Counted from the whole stretch's first letter, positions 31,928 to 45,118 are shown. The stretch: DNA of 55,547 bases, filler included, from Piptocephalis cylindrospora (GCA_003614145.1; 2 parts of 2 records of this genome joined end to end with filler, not necessarily neighbours in it), one strand, 5' to 3'. Numbers and translations are program-made. The notes: a model not told the origin generated them from the letters alone.

Positions 31928-34348
31928 ATGCCGTCTAAACGTCCCACACTCCCCACGGACCCTCTCCATGCCTCCCCCACCACGCCCATGACTTCTTCGG
32001 CCACCCTGCAAACCTCCCCCTCACAGCCCTTGGGAATTCCCGGGTCGGGGCAACCTCAGCATCCTACCCGACGTTCTCTCTCGGACACCAGTGGAAAGAA
32101 AAGGCCCTTGACGCCCTCAACTCCAGACCATGGTTTGTTGCGGATGGCAACGTTGTCTAGTTCCACGCTTCCTCGACACGAGGAGCAGAGTGAGAACGAC
32201 GGTGCGGAGATCGCTAAACCTCCCTCCCACCTCTATGCTTCCTACTCCTCCACCCATCTTGCCCTTTCCGAGGGCAAAGAGGAGGATTCCGGCGAGTTGA
32301 TGCTTGTTTCTGCATATATCACCAATGCTTTGGCTCAATATGCCCAAGGCCAGCCTAGGCAGTACGAGGAACTGGTTCAGCAGATCGCTTCCACCACCAC
32401 TGCCGCCTTATCCTCTCAAGATGCCCAGACCAAGAGTATTAGATGGATCCGAGCCCTGGGTCAGGCTGTATCTAGTCTCTCCCGCGATTGTCATGCTCTC
32501 GTCGATGCCATCCTTACCATGAACTGGCCCTCCCAGAGTATCCCTTGGTTCTCCCACTACCTGCGTTTCCTACGGCTCTTGGTCTCTGCCCATGCCTTTT
32601 ATGTCACCCCGGTCATTCGTATGCTTACTCGACACTTTCTCATGCCCGAAACTTCTCCCCGCGCTCATCAGGCCCTCCGATCCATCCTCCCTCTCATCCC
32701 TACTGCTTCCTCTGGCCCCTTAATATTTGCTCTCACCGAGGGTTTCCCGCATAAACGTGAGTCCCGAAAAGTCCAGACCACTTATCTTCGCAATGTTTTG
32801 TGGTGCATCACCTATGCCCCTGGGATTCGGGATCAGATGTTACATGTGGCCGTAGAAAGGATCCTGCAGGTTGATGTGGAGATCCAGGTTGGAGTGGAGG
32901 AAATGGAAGAGATGGAGGAAGGGGAGGGTGAAGAGGGAAGAGGGGGTGAGGAAGAGGAGGAAGATGATTCTACGGACGGGGAACCTGAAGCGGATTTGGG
33001 GCTCTTCCCTTTTGAGATGGAAGGAGAAGATCCTAGTAGATGTGATGCTACTGCTGCTGTTACAAAGGACCCATCCCCTCTTTCCCATCTTGATTCGGAA
33101 TCGGACGGGGACGAGGAATCTGATGAGGACGATGAAGATGAGACCGAGGCCCAAAGGCTGCGTATGGGTGAAAAGCGCGATACGCTTCAAAAAATTCGTG
33201 GGCTCACCTTAAAGTTGGATGCGCTCCTCATGCTTATCTTTGAATTCTTCCAGGAGGAACGAAAGAGAATTTCTGGCACCTCCTCCACCCCTTCAGATAT
33301 TGAGACGGACCAATTCACGCTGATCTTGGAGATCTTTGATCGTCTCATCCTCCGTACCTTCAAATCTCGTTACACACAATTCCTACTCTTTTGGGCAGCG
33401 TCGGCCCAGCCTGCTGAGTTCCCTGATATCTTTCTTGGACACTTGATTTCCCTGGTTACTGGCCCCATTGGAGGGGCGGATGCTGGGTCATCTCGTTCTC
33501 GCTTTTCCCCGGATGTCACCCGTATCGCCGCCGCTTCATACGTCGGGAGTTTTGTGGCTCGCGCCAAATTCATGCCTGGGGACGGGGTCCGGAACGTCAC
33601 CGGTATCCTCTTGGCCTGGGCCTCTCAGTACGTCGAGCAATGTGAACGGCAATCTTCAATAGCCATCGGACCAGATCAAGCCAAGCACGCCGTTTTCTAC
33701 GCCGTCATCCAGGCCGTCATGTACATTTTCTGTTTTCGTTGGCGGGAATTGCGTATCGAAGCCTTGGAGGAGAAAGATGAGGAGGATGGAGAGGAGGAGC
33801 CAAAGGAGCCTGTTGGTGTCCTGAGTTCATGGTACCCAGTGATCTCCCCACTCCCCCGGGTTATCATGTCCCGGCTCAATCCGCTCAAGATGTGCTCTAA
33901 ACCAGTAGTTCAGCAATTTGCTCATCTGTCCCGAAGTACCCATCTGATGTACTGCTATACCATCATCGAACGAAACAAATCCATTTACATTCCTCGCTCC
34001 TCCTCTTCCACCCCGGGCGGCGGTGGATCCCGGGATCAAGCTTTGGGAGGGGATGAGGGCTCGAGACACCGAGAACTCTACTCATTTTTCCCCTTTGATC
34101 CCTGTCAGTTGCCCAAGACGGGTCGATGGGTCAAGGACCTTTACAACGAATGGGAGGCTGATGATGATGATGACGATAGTGATGATGACGATGGGGATGA
34201 GGAAGAGGAGGATGAGGATGAAGGTGATTTTCTTGGGCCGGATGATGACGAAGAAGGGATCCGTGGAGGGGTGGGAGCCATGAGCCTTTCTCCCGCTAGT
34301 GACTCTTTCCTTGTTTCGGGCATCCGCCGTAGCAAGGGAACCCAGTAA
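31928..34348 (+). CDS. RRN3: RNA polymerase I transcription initiation factor RRN3
   Basis: FPHK, LQVDVEIQ, KLDALL, ILRTFKSRYTQFLLF, YVGSFVARAKF, QAVMYIFCFRW, LNPLKMC, FFPFDP. Start inferred at ATG 31928. Confidence 0.92.
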   Translation: MPSKRPTLPTDPLHASPTTPMTSSATLQTSPSQPLGIPGSGQPQHPTRRSLSDTSGKKRPLTPSTPDHGLLRMATLSSSTLPRHEEQSENDGAEIAKPPSHLYASYSSTHLALSEGKEEDSGELMLVSAYITNALAQYAQGQPRQYEELVQQIASTTTAALSSQDAQTKSIRWIRALGQAVSSLSRDCHALVDAILTMNWPSQSIPWFSHYLRFLRLLVSAHAFYVTPVIRMLTRHFLMPETSPRAHQALRSILPLIPTASSGPLIFALTEGFPHKRESRKVQTTYLRNVLWCITYAPGIRDQMLHVAVERILQVDVEIQVGVEEMEEMEEGEGEEGRGGEEEEEDDSTDGEPEADLGLFPFEMEGEDPSRCDATAAVTKDPSPLSHLDSESDGDEESDEDDEDETEAQRLRMGEKRDTLQKIRGLTLKLDALLMLIFEFFQEERKRISGTSSTPSDIETDQFTLILEIFDRLILRTFKSRYTQFLLFWAASAQPAEFPDIFLGHLISLVTGPIGGADAGSSRSRFSPDVTRIAAASYVGSFVARAKFMPGDGVRNVTGILLAWASQYVEQCERQSSIAIGPDQAKHAVFYAVIQAVMYIFCFRWRELRIEALEEKDEEDGEEEPKEPVGVLSSWYPVISPLPRVIMSRLNPLKMCSKPVVQQFAHLSRSTHLMYCYTIIERNKSIYIPRSSSSTPGGGGSRDQALGGDEGSRHRELYSFFPFDPCQLPKTGRWVKDLYNEWEADDDDDDSDDDDGDEEEEDEDEGDFLGPDDDEEGIRGGVGAMSLSPASDSFLVSGIRRSKGTQ

Positions 34349-34514
34349 CATGGACAGTTTGGATCGTGTACTTTTCGATAGAAGCATCATCCACATATAT
34401 GTTGCCTGTTTTGCTACATAAGCCCAAGCACTTTGATCCATTCTACACTCATGATCCATATGAATGGTAGCGCAGATAGATGTATTGTTGTTACACGCCC
34501 AATCCTCAAATCCC

Positions 34515-36415
34515 CTAGAGGGAGCCGCGGGCCTCTCGAAGCATTGGATTTTTGGTGACCTGTTCATTAAAAAAGGCCTCGAGTCGAGTGGCACTCTTAT
34601 AATATCGGGTATCGGGGTCATTAAAGGTGCGGCAATTGGTGAATATGAGACGAACGTCCCTCTCAAAATCAGTAAAGGACCTGTACTCATCATTCTCCAC
34701 TTTGACCTCTACAGTCGATAGATCTGTGATCATGGGGAAGGGAGAGATAGCGGATAAGGAAATGAGCTGCTCTCCTCTTGAAGTAATTTCAACCTACCCA
34801 TAGGATGCTTAATGACGCTGGGATAATCAGGGACATCATCAATGCTCACCGGCTTTTGAAAGGGCCATGCTGAAGAATGAGCCCGGAGTAAAGCGGTGAT
34901 CTTGCTCATTTGTCGATTGTACGGGTTCCGATGATGTTTCCTAGGGCTGGTAGGGAGAGGGAGATCAATGGGTGGTTAACATAGTAGAGATGTATCTATC
35001 AAGACTTACGTAGTTTTGCTGGTATCCAATACCCATCCGGATTCGCCTAGATAGTGACGGTAAAAATCAGTAAAGCGGTAAATTCCCCAAGGAGAGCCCT
35101 AATCAACATAAGCTCTGACTTACGAACTCCGGGAATGTCCATAGGATTCACGGATCGATTCCCTTCCTCAAAGCAACTAAGACCAGGGTGGATAATGTGG
35201 GATCGTGTCCGGTTTTCAATGGCACGTTTTACCGCCTAAAAATCCCAATTAAAAGATATGAGTGTTGATAAGAAGGAGGGCCCCAACCTTGGTATAGGAT
35301 ACCAGGGAGTACATCCCCTCGCCCATCCACTCTCTCTACATTATTACCTCACGCTGCCGCTGAAGTGTATTGGCCACCTCCATGTACCGAACCTTGGGAA
35401 CAGTGACACATTGCATCATCGTCCCACCTTCATAATCCTTGATAGCCCCCTTCCAGACTTTGGGATCCAGGGTAATTTCCTTGGAGAATCCCTGCTTCTT
35501 AAAGTATCCTACAGCGTAATTGTCCGCATAGGTCATAAAGTACCCGATGTTGTACTCATCCCGCATCATGTCCTTTATCCGACACATGATTCTTGCCCCG
35601 TATCCCTATAACACCACGTTGAGAGTTTGAGACGTTGATAAATGACCCTATCTTCCTCAGTGCTCCATTATATGCAATACTCTTACCTTGACCTGGCAAT
35701 TAGACGAGACAGCCAGAAAGACAATTTCCGCAAAGCCCCGGTCGGGAAAGACACGGAAGGTGATGGCTGCCAGGACGTCGACATCCCCCGTGACGATCAT
35801 GAGACTTTGGTGACCTCGGTCAAAGACCAATCGGGCAATGTACTCCCCGGGCATCTTGGGAAGCTGCCTTTGGTGCAAGGCCTTGACATTGGCAATAAGC
35901 ATCATGTCTCGGGGGTTCCCGTTATTCCGCGCCACTTCATACCGGATGATCCCTTGTTGCTCTTCCTCCACCACTCGACGAACCGTTGACGTAGGCGGAG
36001 GTAAGGGCGAGCCTGGATCTTCTTCCTTGGCTGAGATCTCCTCTGTCTTTACTTCTTCCTTGGGCTTCCCCTCTATGTTGGCGGAAGACGCGCTGGACGA
36101 GTCCTCAGGCGCCCCTTCTATCGAGGAAGCCGATACCTCTTCTTTTTGCCTCTCTGTCTCCATTTCATCCCTCTCCCCCATCACCACGTCAGCATCGCGT
36201 GATGTCTCTGCAATGTTGTGATTCCTCTCTTCTTCTTCCTCCTCTTGTTTGGCCTCTTCTCCCTCCGAAACGTCCGAAGACCGGGCTGATGGTTCATCAT
36301 CTACGGTCTGAGCATCGCTCAGGGAAGAGTCCCGGGAATGGCCATTTCCCTGAGAAGTAGATATGTCAAGGTTGGGTTCGTCCTTGACCGGTGGTTCCCT
36401 TGCCACTGGCGACAT
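34515..36415 (-). CDS. GCN5: histone acetyltransferase GCN5 (GNAT domain plus bromodomain), multi-exon
   Basis: [57 protein letters not shown]; bromodomain AWPF.KPV...VPDY...[13 protein letters not shown]. Confidence 0.93.
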
Positions 36416-37148
36416 TGAAAGTGTGACGTGGCGGGAAGATGGTTTAACGAGAGCAGTAAGAAATCCGTAAGGTGGCGTACGGCTTGACTCTCGGTCTCTC
36501 TGGAGTAAGCAATGAGGAACAACGGAGAGGAGGAAGCAAGTGAGGATAAAGCTATAGGATCTGGGCGGCAGGATGTTTAGTGAGGCTCTCAAGGCTTCGT
36601 CAAGTGGCTTGAGGTGGCCTGTTCCTTCTTGAGAGCTGTGCGCCTAGCCGCTCGCGGGTTTGAAAGAATTTAGGCTGTGCGCTCTACTTCCTCTCCTGGT
36701 GTGTTTGACTAAATAAGGCGATACATTATTATTAGGGGGGGTCTGATAGTGCGCTGTGTGTCTGCTGGGAATAGTAAGTATTACTCTGCCTCTGGAGTCA
36801 GGGAGTAGGCCAATATTCACATCCTAACAATAAAGGCACACAGCAAGTATGCCCATGCTGGGAACTTAGTCGATGCAGTACAATATAAACCAATAGCCAC
36901 TCCCCCTATTGGTCCATCCTCAATAGTGGCAAAATTGTCGAAATGATCATTCTAGTGTTACCTTTGGAGACCAATTAGACTAATGGTATGACTTCGAAAC
37001 GTCCCCCTTGTTGCATGGCGTCATGATTTCTGTGTCTCGTCCTCATCCACCATCCCATAACATTTGGCAGTTGCCCGCGCTCCGTCAGAGTAACCTTAAC
37101 ATTTAGCTTCTACCTTTCTTCTCTCCAACTACCGCACTACTCTTTAGC

Positions 37149-38250
37149 ATGTCCCAAAAGCCCCGGCTACTCGTTACTATCCCCTTGCCCCCGAAACCTC
37201 GGAAGACCCTCCAGAATATAGATAGCATTGAGGTCGTCCACTGGCCGGAGGGAGAAGTTAAAACGTCTGAAAACATGGCTAAGCATGTCCAAGGTATGTT
37301 TCTACCCTTGACAACACGGTTTGCTTGCGCATTTCACGGACACTCGTCATACTTTCCTGCTAAAGCTGAGGTAGTGGCATACCTTACTAAATGCTACTCA
37401 CGCATTATGTCTCTACTCGTTAGGATGTTCTGGGATTCTCTGCTCAGTCGGTGATAAAATAACCTCTGAGGTTCTTGACGCGGCCGGGGAGGCCCTTAAG
37501 GTAGTGTCTACTGTCAGCGTCGGGTATGAGCACATTGATTTGACCGCCTGCAAGAATCGTGGTATCCAGGTGGGATACACCCCGGATGTTCTGACTGATG
37601 CGACCGCTGACACCACTGCCACACTAACGATGATGGCTACACGCGGTATAAGTGACGCTATTGCTTCGGTCAAGGATGGAAGGTGGGGGAAACCCAGGGC
37701 TGCCTTACCTCTTGGGATGCAACTTCCCGGCAAGATCATTGGCTTCCTGGGTCTTGGAAGGATCGGGTATGCCACGGCTCTGAGGCTACGCGCCTTTGGC
37801 GCATCCCAATTCATCTACCACAACCGTGGTACCTCTCGTTTTGCAGATGATCTCGGGGCTCGGCGTGTCGAGTTTCCCCAGTTACTCGCACAGTCTGATG
37901 TGCTTATCATCACAGCCAGCCTTACCTCGGAATCACGACATCTTTTTCGCAAAGAGACCTTGGCACAGATGAAGTCCCATGCGGTCTTAGTGAATACAGC
38001 CCGTGGCGGTTTCATTCACCAGGAAGATCTGGCGGAAGCATTGTCCCAAGGCATCATTGGGGCTGCTGGATTGGATGTCACCGACCCTGAGCCAATCGAC
38101 CCATCCCATCCTCTGGTCCATCTTCCCAATTGCACCATCCTCCCTCATATAGGTAGTGCCACTCTGGAAACGCGAAATGCCATGGGTGATCTTGCGCTAG
38201 AGAACGTACTGAATGGCATGGATGGAAAGGCTCTTTCAACACCTCTATAA
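37149..38250 (+). CDS. D-2-hydroxyacid dehydrogenase, glyoxylate/hydroxypyruvate reductase-like (intron 37294-37423)
   Basis: SVGYEHID, GYTPDVLTDATAD, GFLGLGRIG, VNTARGG, AAGLDVTDPEP, LPHIGSAT. Confidence 0.92.
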
Positions 38251-38774
38251 GGTCTATATATGCACTGGCGATTCTTAGGCCCGCTAAATATAGGATGCTT
38301 TGCGAAAGGTGAGATGTGATGGAGTAAATATTTGTTGAACGGGCTTTACCGAGAGATGGCATCTCCTTCAATTCTATCTCAAGTGGGTGAATACATGGCT
38401 TTACACAATTATCAAACAAACTAGGTTAGAAAGCTGCTTTCTCATATCGGGGATATGACAGCATACCAGAGCATGCCCATACTATGTATAGTGTTCACAA
38501 TGTTACACTGGCAGTTGATGAACACTGTACAGCGAGCTGCGGCTCTGCTGTACCAACCTTCTACAGTGTGTGAGGGCGCACACATCCCTTGGGCCTACAC
38601 GCCCAAACCCTCCACATCATTACAGCTTTGGTGAAGATGCTCCATTTAAAAGTGGTAGTCGCTCCCTATGCCCTGCCACGCTCTACTCTCACTGCCATAC
38701 GCTTTCTTTTCCTTTCTATCTTCCCCGTCATACTTGTTTAAGAATCCTTCTTTAACAGCAACATTCTCCACATC

Positions 38775-41700
38775 ATGCCGAGTGGTAGGTCTTTTTGCTT
38801 GTGGGCCTGGTCTGATCTTGTATTTTCTTTCCCCCACCAGACTTACATCAGCCCATATGATCTGCATTCACCCATGTCTTTTGTAGAAAAGCCAAAGGCA
38901 GCTGATTACTCCAAGGAGCTGGAAGAGACCAGAAGAAGGAGAGAGTTGCAGGATCCTCACAAAGTATCCCTATCCAGTGTGGGCCAAGGATACGACGAGG
39001 AACTGTACGGGTCTCAGCGGGGGGCTTCCTCGTCAGATCACTACGCCTCCAGCCTTCCTGCCCCTTCTTCCTCCTTCTCTGCCTCCTCTTCAACCTCAAG
39101 ACCATCCTATACGGCGCCACAGGAGTTGTTAGATGAGATCACGGCCGAAGCAGAGTCGGGCGCGACTCCGGATCCGTTTGGCCCATCTGATCCCTCCAAA
39201 TCCCGAAAGATTGCCGATCGACAAAGCGAGTATCACCTACGTCGCTTTAATCAAACCCTTTCTCCCACTCGCCATGACGCCTTTTCCTCCGCCAAACCCG
39301 AAAGCAGTGAAGATGGAGCCAGAACATATGGAGAGGTAATGCGTGAAGCCCATTTGGTTCGGGAGCGAGAGAAGCTCATGGAAAGGCTTCGGGATGAAGG
39401 AATGGACAAAGGTAACTCATATTTATATAAGGGACGTTTTTTTCCTATCCGCTTCCTCTCACTATCCCCTCTTCTTTTCCTTACAGATATCCAAGTGGGT
39501 GGACAGCGTGAGGCAGAACCTGCCACCCCAGTGGCACGGTCCAGAAGAAGCAAATGGGACGAGACCCCGAGGGCCATGTCCCACGAAGATGGCCCTCCTT
39601 TACTCCCGAGTATGGATCAGCAAAAATCCGCAGAGAAGCCTAGGAAGCGATCCAGATGGGATGAGACCCCACAAGCTCCCTCGGTCTCCGATGGACCTAG
39701 CTTTGGAGCTGTAGGCGTCACCGAAACCCCTAGGCGATCTCGATGGGACGAGACGCCCAGAGTAACTAGTTCTTCCGATGGGCCTGCTAGAACCGCCTTC
39801 CCCCCCTCCACCCCTGCTGTTCCTATGACTCCAGAGGCCGCTCAGGCCATGCGTATCTTACGAGAGGAGGAGGTGAGGAATCGGCCTTTAAGTGATGAGG
39901 AGCTTGATGCCATGCTCCCCACAAAGGGCTTCAAGGTCCTTCCTGAGCCCATGGGCTACGCTCCAGTCCGTTCCGCGACACGTCAGCTTCTGGCCACGCC
40001 TAAGCCAGCGGAGATGGGCGGATTCCAGATGCAGGATGAAGAGGATATGATGCGTGGAGGAATGGTGGCAGACGCCACCCTGAATGCTCTGGCCGGTAAA
40101 GAGGTCCCAGGGATGGATAACATGGTAGTCCGCGAAGAGGATGAGCAGTACTTTGGTAAATTGGTCGATGGCAAGGAAGAGAGTGAGATGACCGGGGAGG
40201 AGGCCAAGGAACGTAGGATCATGCGCCTCCTGTTCAAGGTGAAGAATGGTGATCCAAGGATGCGTAAAGTTGCCCTACGTCAATTGACCGACAAGGCTAG
40301 AGATTTTGGAGCTGGTCCACTCTTCGAGCAGATCCTTCCCCTTCTGATGTCCGTCACTTTGGAAGATCAGGAGAGGCATCTGCTCGTTAAGGTGGTCGAC
40401 CGTATTCTCTATCGTCTTGACGATTTGGTTCGGCCCTATGCTCACAAAATCCTTGTTGTTATCGAGCCCCTTCTCATCGATGAAGATTACTATGCCCGCG
40501 TTGAAGGCCGGGAGATCATTAGTAACCTTAGTAAGGCTGCTGGCCTTGCGACTATGATTGCTACCATGCGTCCGGATATTGATCATGTGGATGAATTCGT
40601 CCGTAACACCACGGCTAGGGCCTTCTCCGTCGTTGCTTCAGCCCTTGGAATCCCCTCTCTTCTTCCCTTCCTGAAGGCCGTGTGCAAGTCCCGCAAGTCC
40701 TGGCAGGCTCGGCATACCGGGATCAAGATTGTTCAACAGATCGCTATCCTCCTTGGCTGCGCCATTCTACCTCACCTTCGGTCTCTGGTTGACATCATTG
40801 GTCATGGCCTGGAAGATGAACAGCCCAAGGTGCGTACCATCACCGCACTGGCCCTCTCCGCCCTTGCCGAAGCTTCTTCTCCCTATGGGATTGAATCTCT
40901 CGACTCGGTCCTTAAGCCGCTTTGGCAGGGGATTCGCAAACATCGAGGAAAAGGTCTTGCTGCCTTTCTCAAGGCCATTGGCTACATTATCCCTCTGATG
41001 GATACCGAATACGCCAATCACTATACCCGAGAGGTCATGATTGTTTTGGTCCGCGAGTTTCAGTCGCCCGATGAGGAAATGCGCAAGATTGTCCTCAAGG
41101 TTGTGAAGCAATGCTCCGGCACCGAGGGTGTCACTGCCGAGTATCTGACCGAAGAGGTTCTCCCAGAGTACTTTCGTCTCTTCTGGGTCCGACGCATGGC
41201 CTTGGATCGTCGAAACTACGCTCAGCTCGTCGAGACCACAGTAGAGCTCGCCAGGAAAGTAGGTGTAGCCGCGGTGGCTTCCAGACTTATCCCCGACCTT
41301 AAGGATGAGAGTGAGCCTTACCGGAAGATGGTGGTGGAAACCCTGGAGAAGATGATTCGGGAAATGGGTGCCTCTGCCATTCATGATGATCGGCAAGTCG
41401 AGCTACTCATTGACGGAATCCTCTATGCCTTCCAGGAACAAACCACAGAAGATCGGGTGATTCTGGATGGCTTTGGTACCGTTGTCTCCTCACTGGGCCC
41501 CCGGTGTCAACCCTACCTCCAGCAAATCTACTCCACCATTCTCTGGAGTCTGCAGAACAAGTCCACCAAGGCTCGTCAACAAGCCGCTGACCTGGTCGGA
41601 CGGGTCGCCATTGTCCTCAAAGTATGTGGAGAGGAGAAACTTATGGGTCACATGTCCGTTGTTCTTTTTGAATACTTGGGCGAGGAGTACCCCGAAGTCT

Positions 41701-42648
41701 TGGGATCTATCCTGGGGGGGATCAAGGGTATCGTCAATGTTATTGGCATGAGCTCCATGACCCCTCCCATCAAGGATCTTCTCCCTCGGCTCACTCCCAT
41801 CTTGAAGAATCGGCATGAGAAGGTCCAAGAGAACTGCATTGACCTCGTAGGTCGTATCGCTGATCGGGGTGCCGAGTTTGTGTCTGCCCGTGAGTGGATG
41901 CGAATCTGTTTTGAGTTACTTGAGTTACTCAAGGCCCGCAAGAAGGCCATTCAGCGGGCTGCTGTTAATACCTTTGGCTACATCGCCAAAGCTATCGGTC
42001 CCCAAGATGTCTTGGCCACCCTACTCAACAACCTTAAGGTCCAAGAGCGGCAGAATCGTGTGTGTACCACTGTGGCCATTGCCATCGTCGCAGAGACTTG
42101 CTCTCCCTTCACTGTCCTTCCTGCCTTGATGAACGAGTATCGGGTCCCAGAGCTGAATGTTCAGAATGGTGTCCTCAAGTCTCTATCCTTCATGTTTGAA
42201 TATGTTGGGGAAATGGCCAAGGACTACATCTATGCTGTGACCCCCCCTGCTGGAAGATGCCCTCATTGATCGGGACCAAGTACATCGACAAACAGCATGC
42301 ACCACCGTGAAACACCTCTCCCTCGGGGTGGTGGGTCTTGGGTGTGAGGATGCCCTACTCCATCTTCTCAATTTTGTCTGGCCCAATATCTTTGAGACCT
42401 CCCCTCACGTCATCAATGCTGTCATGGATGCCATTGATGGGATCCGTCAGGGTCTGGGCCCCTCCTACATTCTCCAGTATTCTCTCCAGGGTCTCTTCCA
42501 TCCGGCTCGTCGGGTCCGCGAGGTCTATTGGCGCATCTACAATAACATGTACATTGGCATGCAAGCCGGGATGGTACCCTACTACCCCAGAGTCCCAAGT
42601 GATGAAAGGAACTCTTGGGGACGGACCGAGTTGGATCATATGGTCTAG
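38775..42648 (+). CDS. SF3B1: splicing factor 3B subunit 1 (Hsh155), with an apparent +1 frameshift at 42241-42247
   Basis: Three R.S(K/R)WDETP ULMs, [14 protein letters not shown] repeats ([39 protein letters not shown]), C-terminal [12 protein letters not shown] in a second frame. Probable in-frame introns at 38785-38886 and 39412-39486. Confidence 0.95.
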
Positions 42649-42964
42649 AGCTGCAGGATGAGGTAGATGCTGAAATGGATGATGTCTTTTTTTTATATGT
42701 CGGAGCTTTGTTAGGAGAATTGAGAATAGTCTCATGATAAACACGACTATGCATGGTTCCGTGAAGCTTTTCCCTCGCCGATCTAAACTCCCGTCCAACG
42801 AGAACAGAGACCGACGACATGATTAATTTGCCATAATTATTTACCCATAAAAATAGTCAGACATTGGTCAGAGTATTGTACATTGCCGATGGAACCCACG
42901 CCTTTTTTCACCTTCGTTCCCTCATATCTAGATCTAGGTTGACCTTTCTTTCCATCCTTTCACA

Positions 42965-44096
42965 TCAAAGATCAAACCACTGATCGAAGTAAAGACAGTT
43001 GGCTGGAGAGACAGGTCCGTTATCTGAGCAAAAATCAAACATCTAAAAGCCAAAAAGAAAATGTAAGGGGAATAGGACATTGGAAGATAGGCAGAACAAA
43101 TCACTTACCGGGCAGGACCCACATGGGACATCAGACCAAACATTCCCTGTCTTGGGGTTTTTTAGTGCCTTCCATACCCAGCTAGTTCCCATATCGCCTC
43201 TTCCACGGGTCCCACCAACGCTGGATTCATCGTCCCCGTCTAGACCCCAATCGCCAATATCGGCCACAGGGTTCCTCCGTTCGATTTTCCCATCCAGTTC
43301 CAGGACTTCCAGGAGGGACTGGACGTGCTCAGCACTCAGGATTTCCTTGATGACCCCAGACTCATTAACCGACCTTTGTACATCCTGAGTGGAGGGTAAG
43401 TTGGCATGAATGGTAAAAAGGGCATCGCCGCGTCGTGGGAAGCTCCGGTGATAGATGAAGCGGTAGGCATGATTACTGAGGACACGGATAAAGTCGACAT
43501 CCAGCTCCTGATCCGAGAACCAGGGTCCACCCGTCACCTCGGTGGAAGGTGTAATCTCGGAGAGCATATATATCTTCTTTGTGGGGAACTTGACGCTTTT
43601 GACCGCTTTAATGAGCCCACGGGATTCCAGACCCTTGATTACCCGGGTCAGACTGCTCTGGGGCAAGTTGGTCCGGTCCCGAATGTGCCGAGTCCATATC
43701 CCCTCATTTTGTGCATCTGCCACCGTCTGATACACTAACCTCTCTTCCCCTCCCAAGGTAGACATTTTTTGGGCTAATGCTGGGTCCACGGCCAGATAGA
43801 CGATTTGACCACTACGCGTTGCAAAGGTCAACAATCCCTTGCTGGCCAGGTTATTGATCAACAAGGTCACTTCATCGGGAGTAAGGTCTTTAAGTACTGC
43901 CTTGGTCTCAGAGTCAAGCATACCCTACGCACCAGGAGACAAGTGGTCAGGTAGGGTTTGGTCTAGGAAGAAAGAAAGGAAAGAAGGGAGGAGGGAAGGG
44001 GATAAGACTTACATTTGGAGCCGCATAAAGACTATTTAGGAAACTGGCCTCGGACGGGGAAAGGTCTGAAGGAAGACTGACATTACTCTTGGACAT
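42965..44096 (-). CDS. RPC34: RNA polymerase III subunit RPC34/RPC6 (exons 44096-44013, 43924-43109, 43042-42965)
   Basis: GIWTRHI...LESRGLIKAVKSV...KKIYML..ITPS.EVTGGPWF. C-terminal PCGSCP..DFC....SPANC.YF..W. Confidence 0.92.
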
Positions 44097-44501
44097 GGTC
44101 AAGGAGAAGGGAATCTAGCAACGGAGGGAGGAGGAGCAGAAACACGCAGAAGCAGTGGACAGGACAAAAGAAGAGAGAAGGAAGATGTGTCAGAGGCGCG
44201 CTCGAGGCAAGACGGGGTTTTGGAGATTGAGAAGCAAACGCCGATTTTTGCACACTTCCTAAGCATACGTCGCCATATGAAAAATGATTTTATGGATACA
44301 GAAACTAGGGCTACGATAAAGGGGGAGAGAAGAAACATTTTTTTATTGCATTGAGTATTTTTTAAACATACATCTTATACCACACAAATTGTCGTAGTAC
44401 CCGTGCAAGAAACAACACATAATACAACACGTATGCCGAACGGTACTGGAATCATAACACTCTCAGTCGTACCAGGCTGAAAAGATAGGGCAGGTAAATA
44501 A

Positions 44502-44578
44502 GTGACGCAAAACGGGGATTGAATCCTCGTCTACCTGCTCCATCGGTTAGTGGTCTATCCAACTAGGCCAGCGCCTCC
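44502..44578 (-). pseudogene. degenerate tRNA-like sequence (tRNA pseudogene or SINE head)
   Basis: Minus strand has an A-box-like TGGCCTAGTTGG, a B-box-like GGATTCAATCC about 33 nt later, and partial D, anticodon and T stems with mismatches. Confidence 0.3.
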
Positions 44579-44969
44579 ACTCAGGGCTACAATGAAGCAT
44601 TGAATTTCTTGATCAGCATACCACTATCTAATTTCCCTAGTCCATAAGGATTATCACATAGATGAAGGGATGTATATTAGCGTAAGTCACGACATAGTCA
44701 AGAGGCGTTTAGGCTTGCTCAATTATCCCAAAATCAGATAGATGCTTGGCAATGTCTGCCGAAGGATTACATTATTATATCTGGTTATTTATCACTGGTC
44801 TCACAAATATCAAAAATTTGCATTGTTATGGCTCATCAAGTGGAAAAAGATACGTACACTTGGGCTCTAAGCGAGCTGAGATAACCTGGGTGAGCGCCGG
44901 GGAATGCGATCACCACGGTAAGTGAATCCTTCTACAAGCCCCTAAGGAGCTCTTGGGTTTTCCTGGTTG

Positions 44970-44990
44970 TTATTATTATTATTATTATTA
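44970..44990. repeat. (TTA)n microsatellite
   Basis: About 7 TTA units. Confidence 0.85.
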
Positions 44991-45118
44991 GAGCTGAGAA
45001 AAGTATTAGCGTTTTTATCTGTCACCTTTCCATTAACATCATACTATCGATCATCCCGTATCAAAACACATATTTATGACAAATATCCGCTACCTGCATA
45101 GGATACCTATGCGTGCAT

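Noticed and set aside
44880..44930. Minus-strand CACTTACCGTGG resembling the U1 snRNA 5' end
   Set aside because: No U1 stem-loop II motif or Sm site follows; the match is too short.
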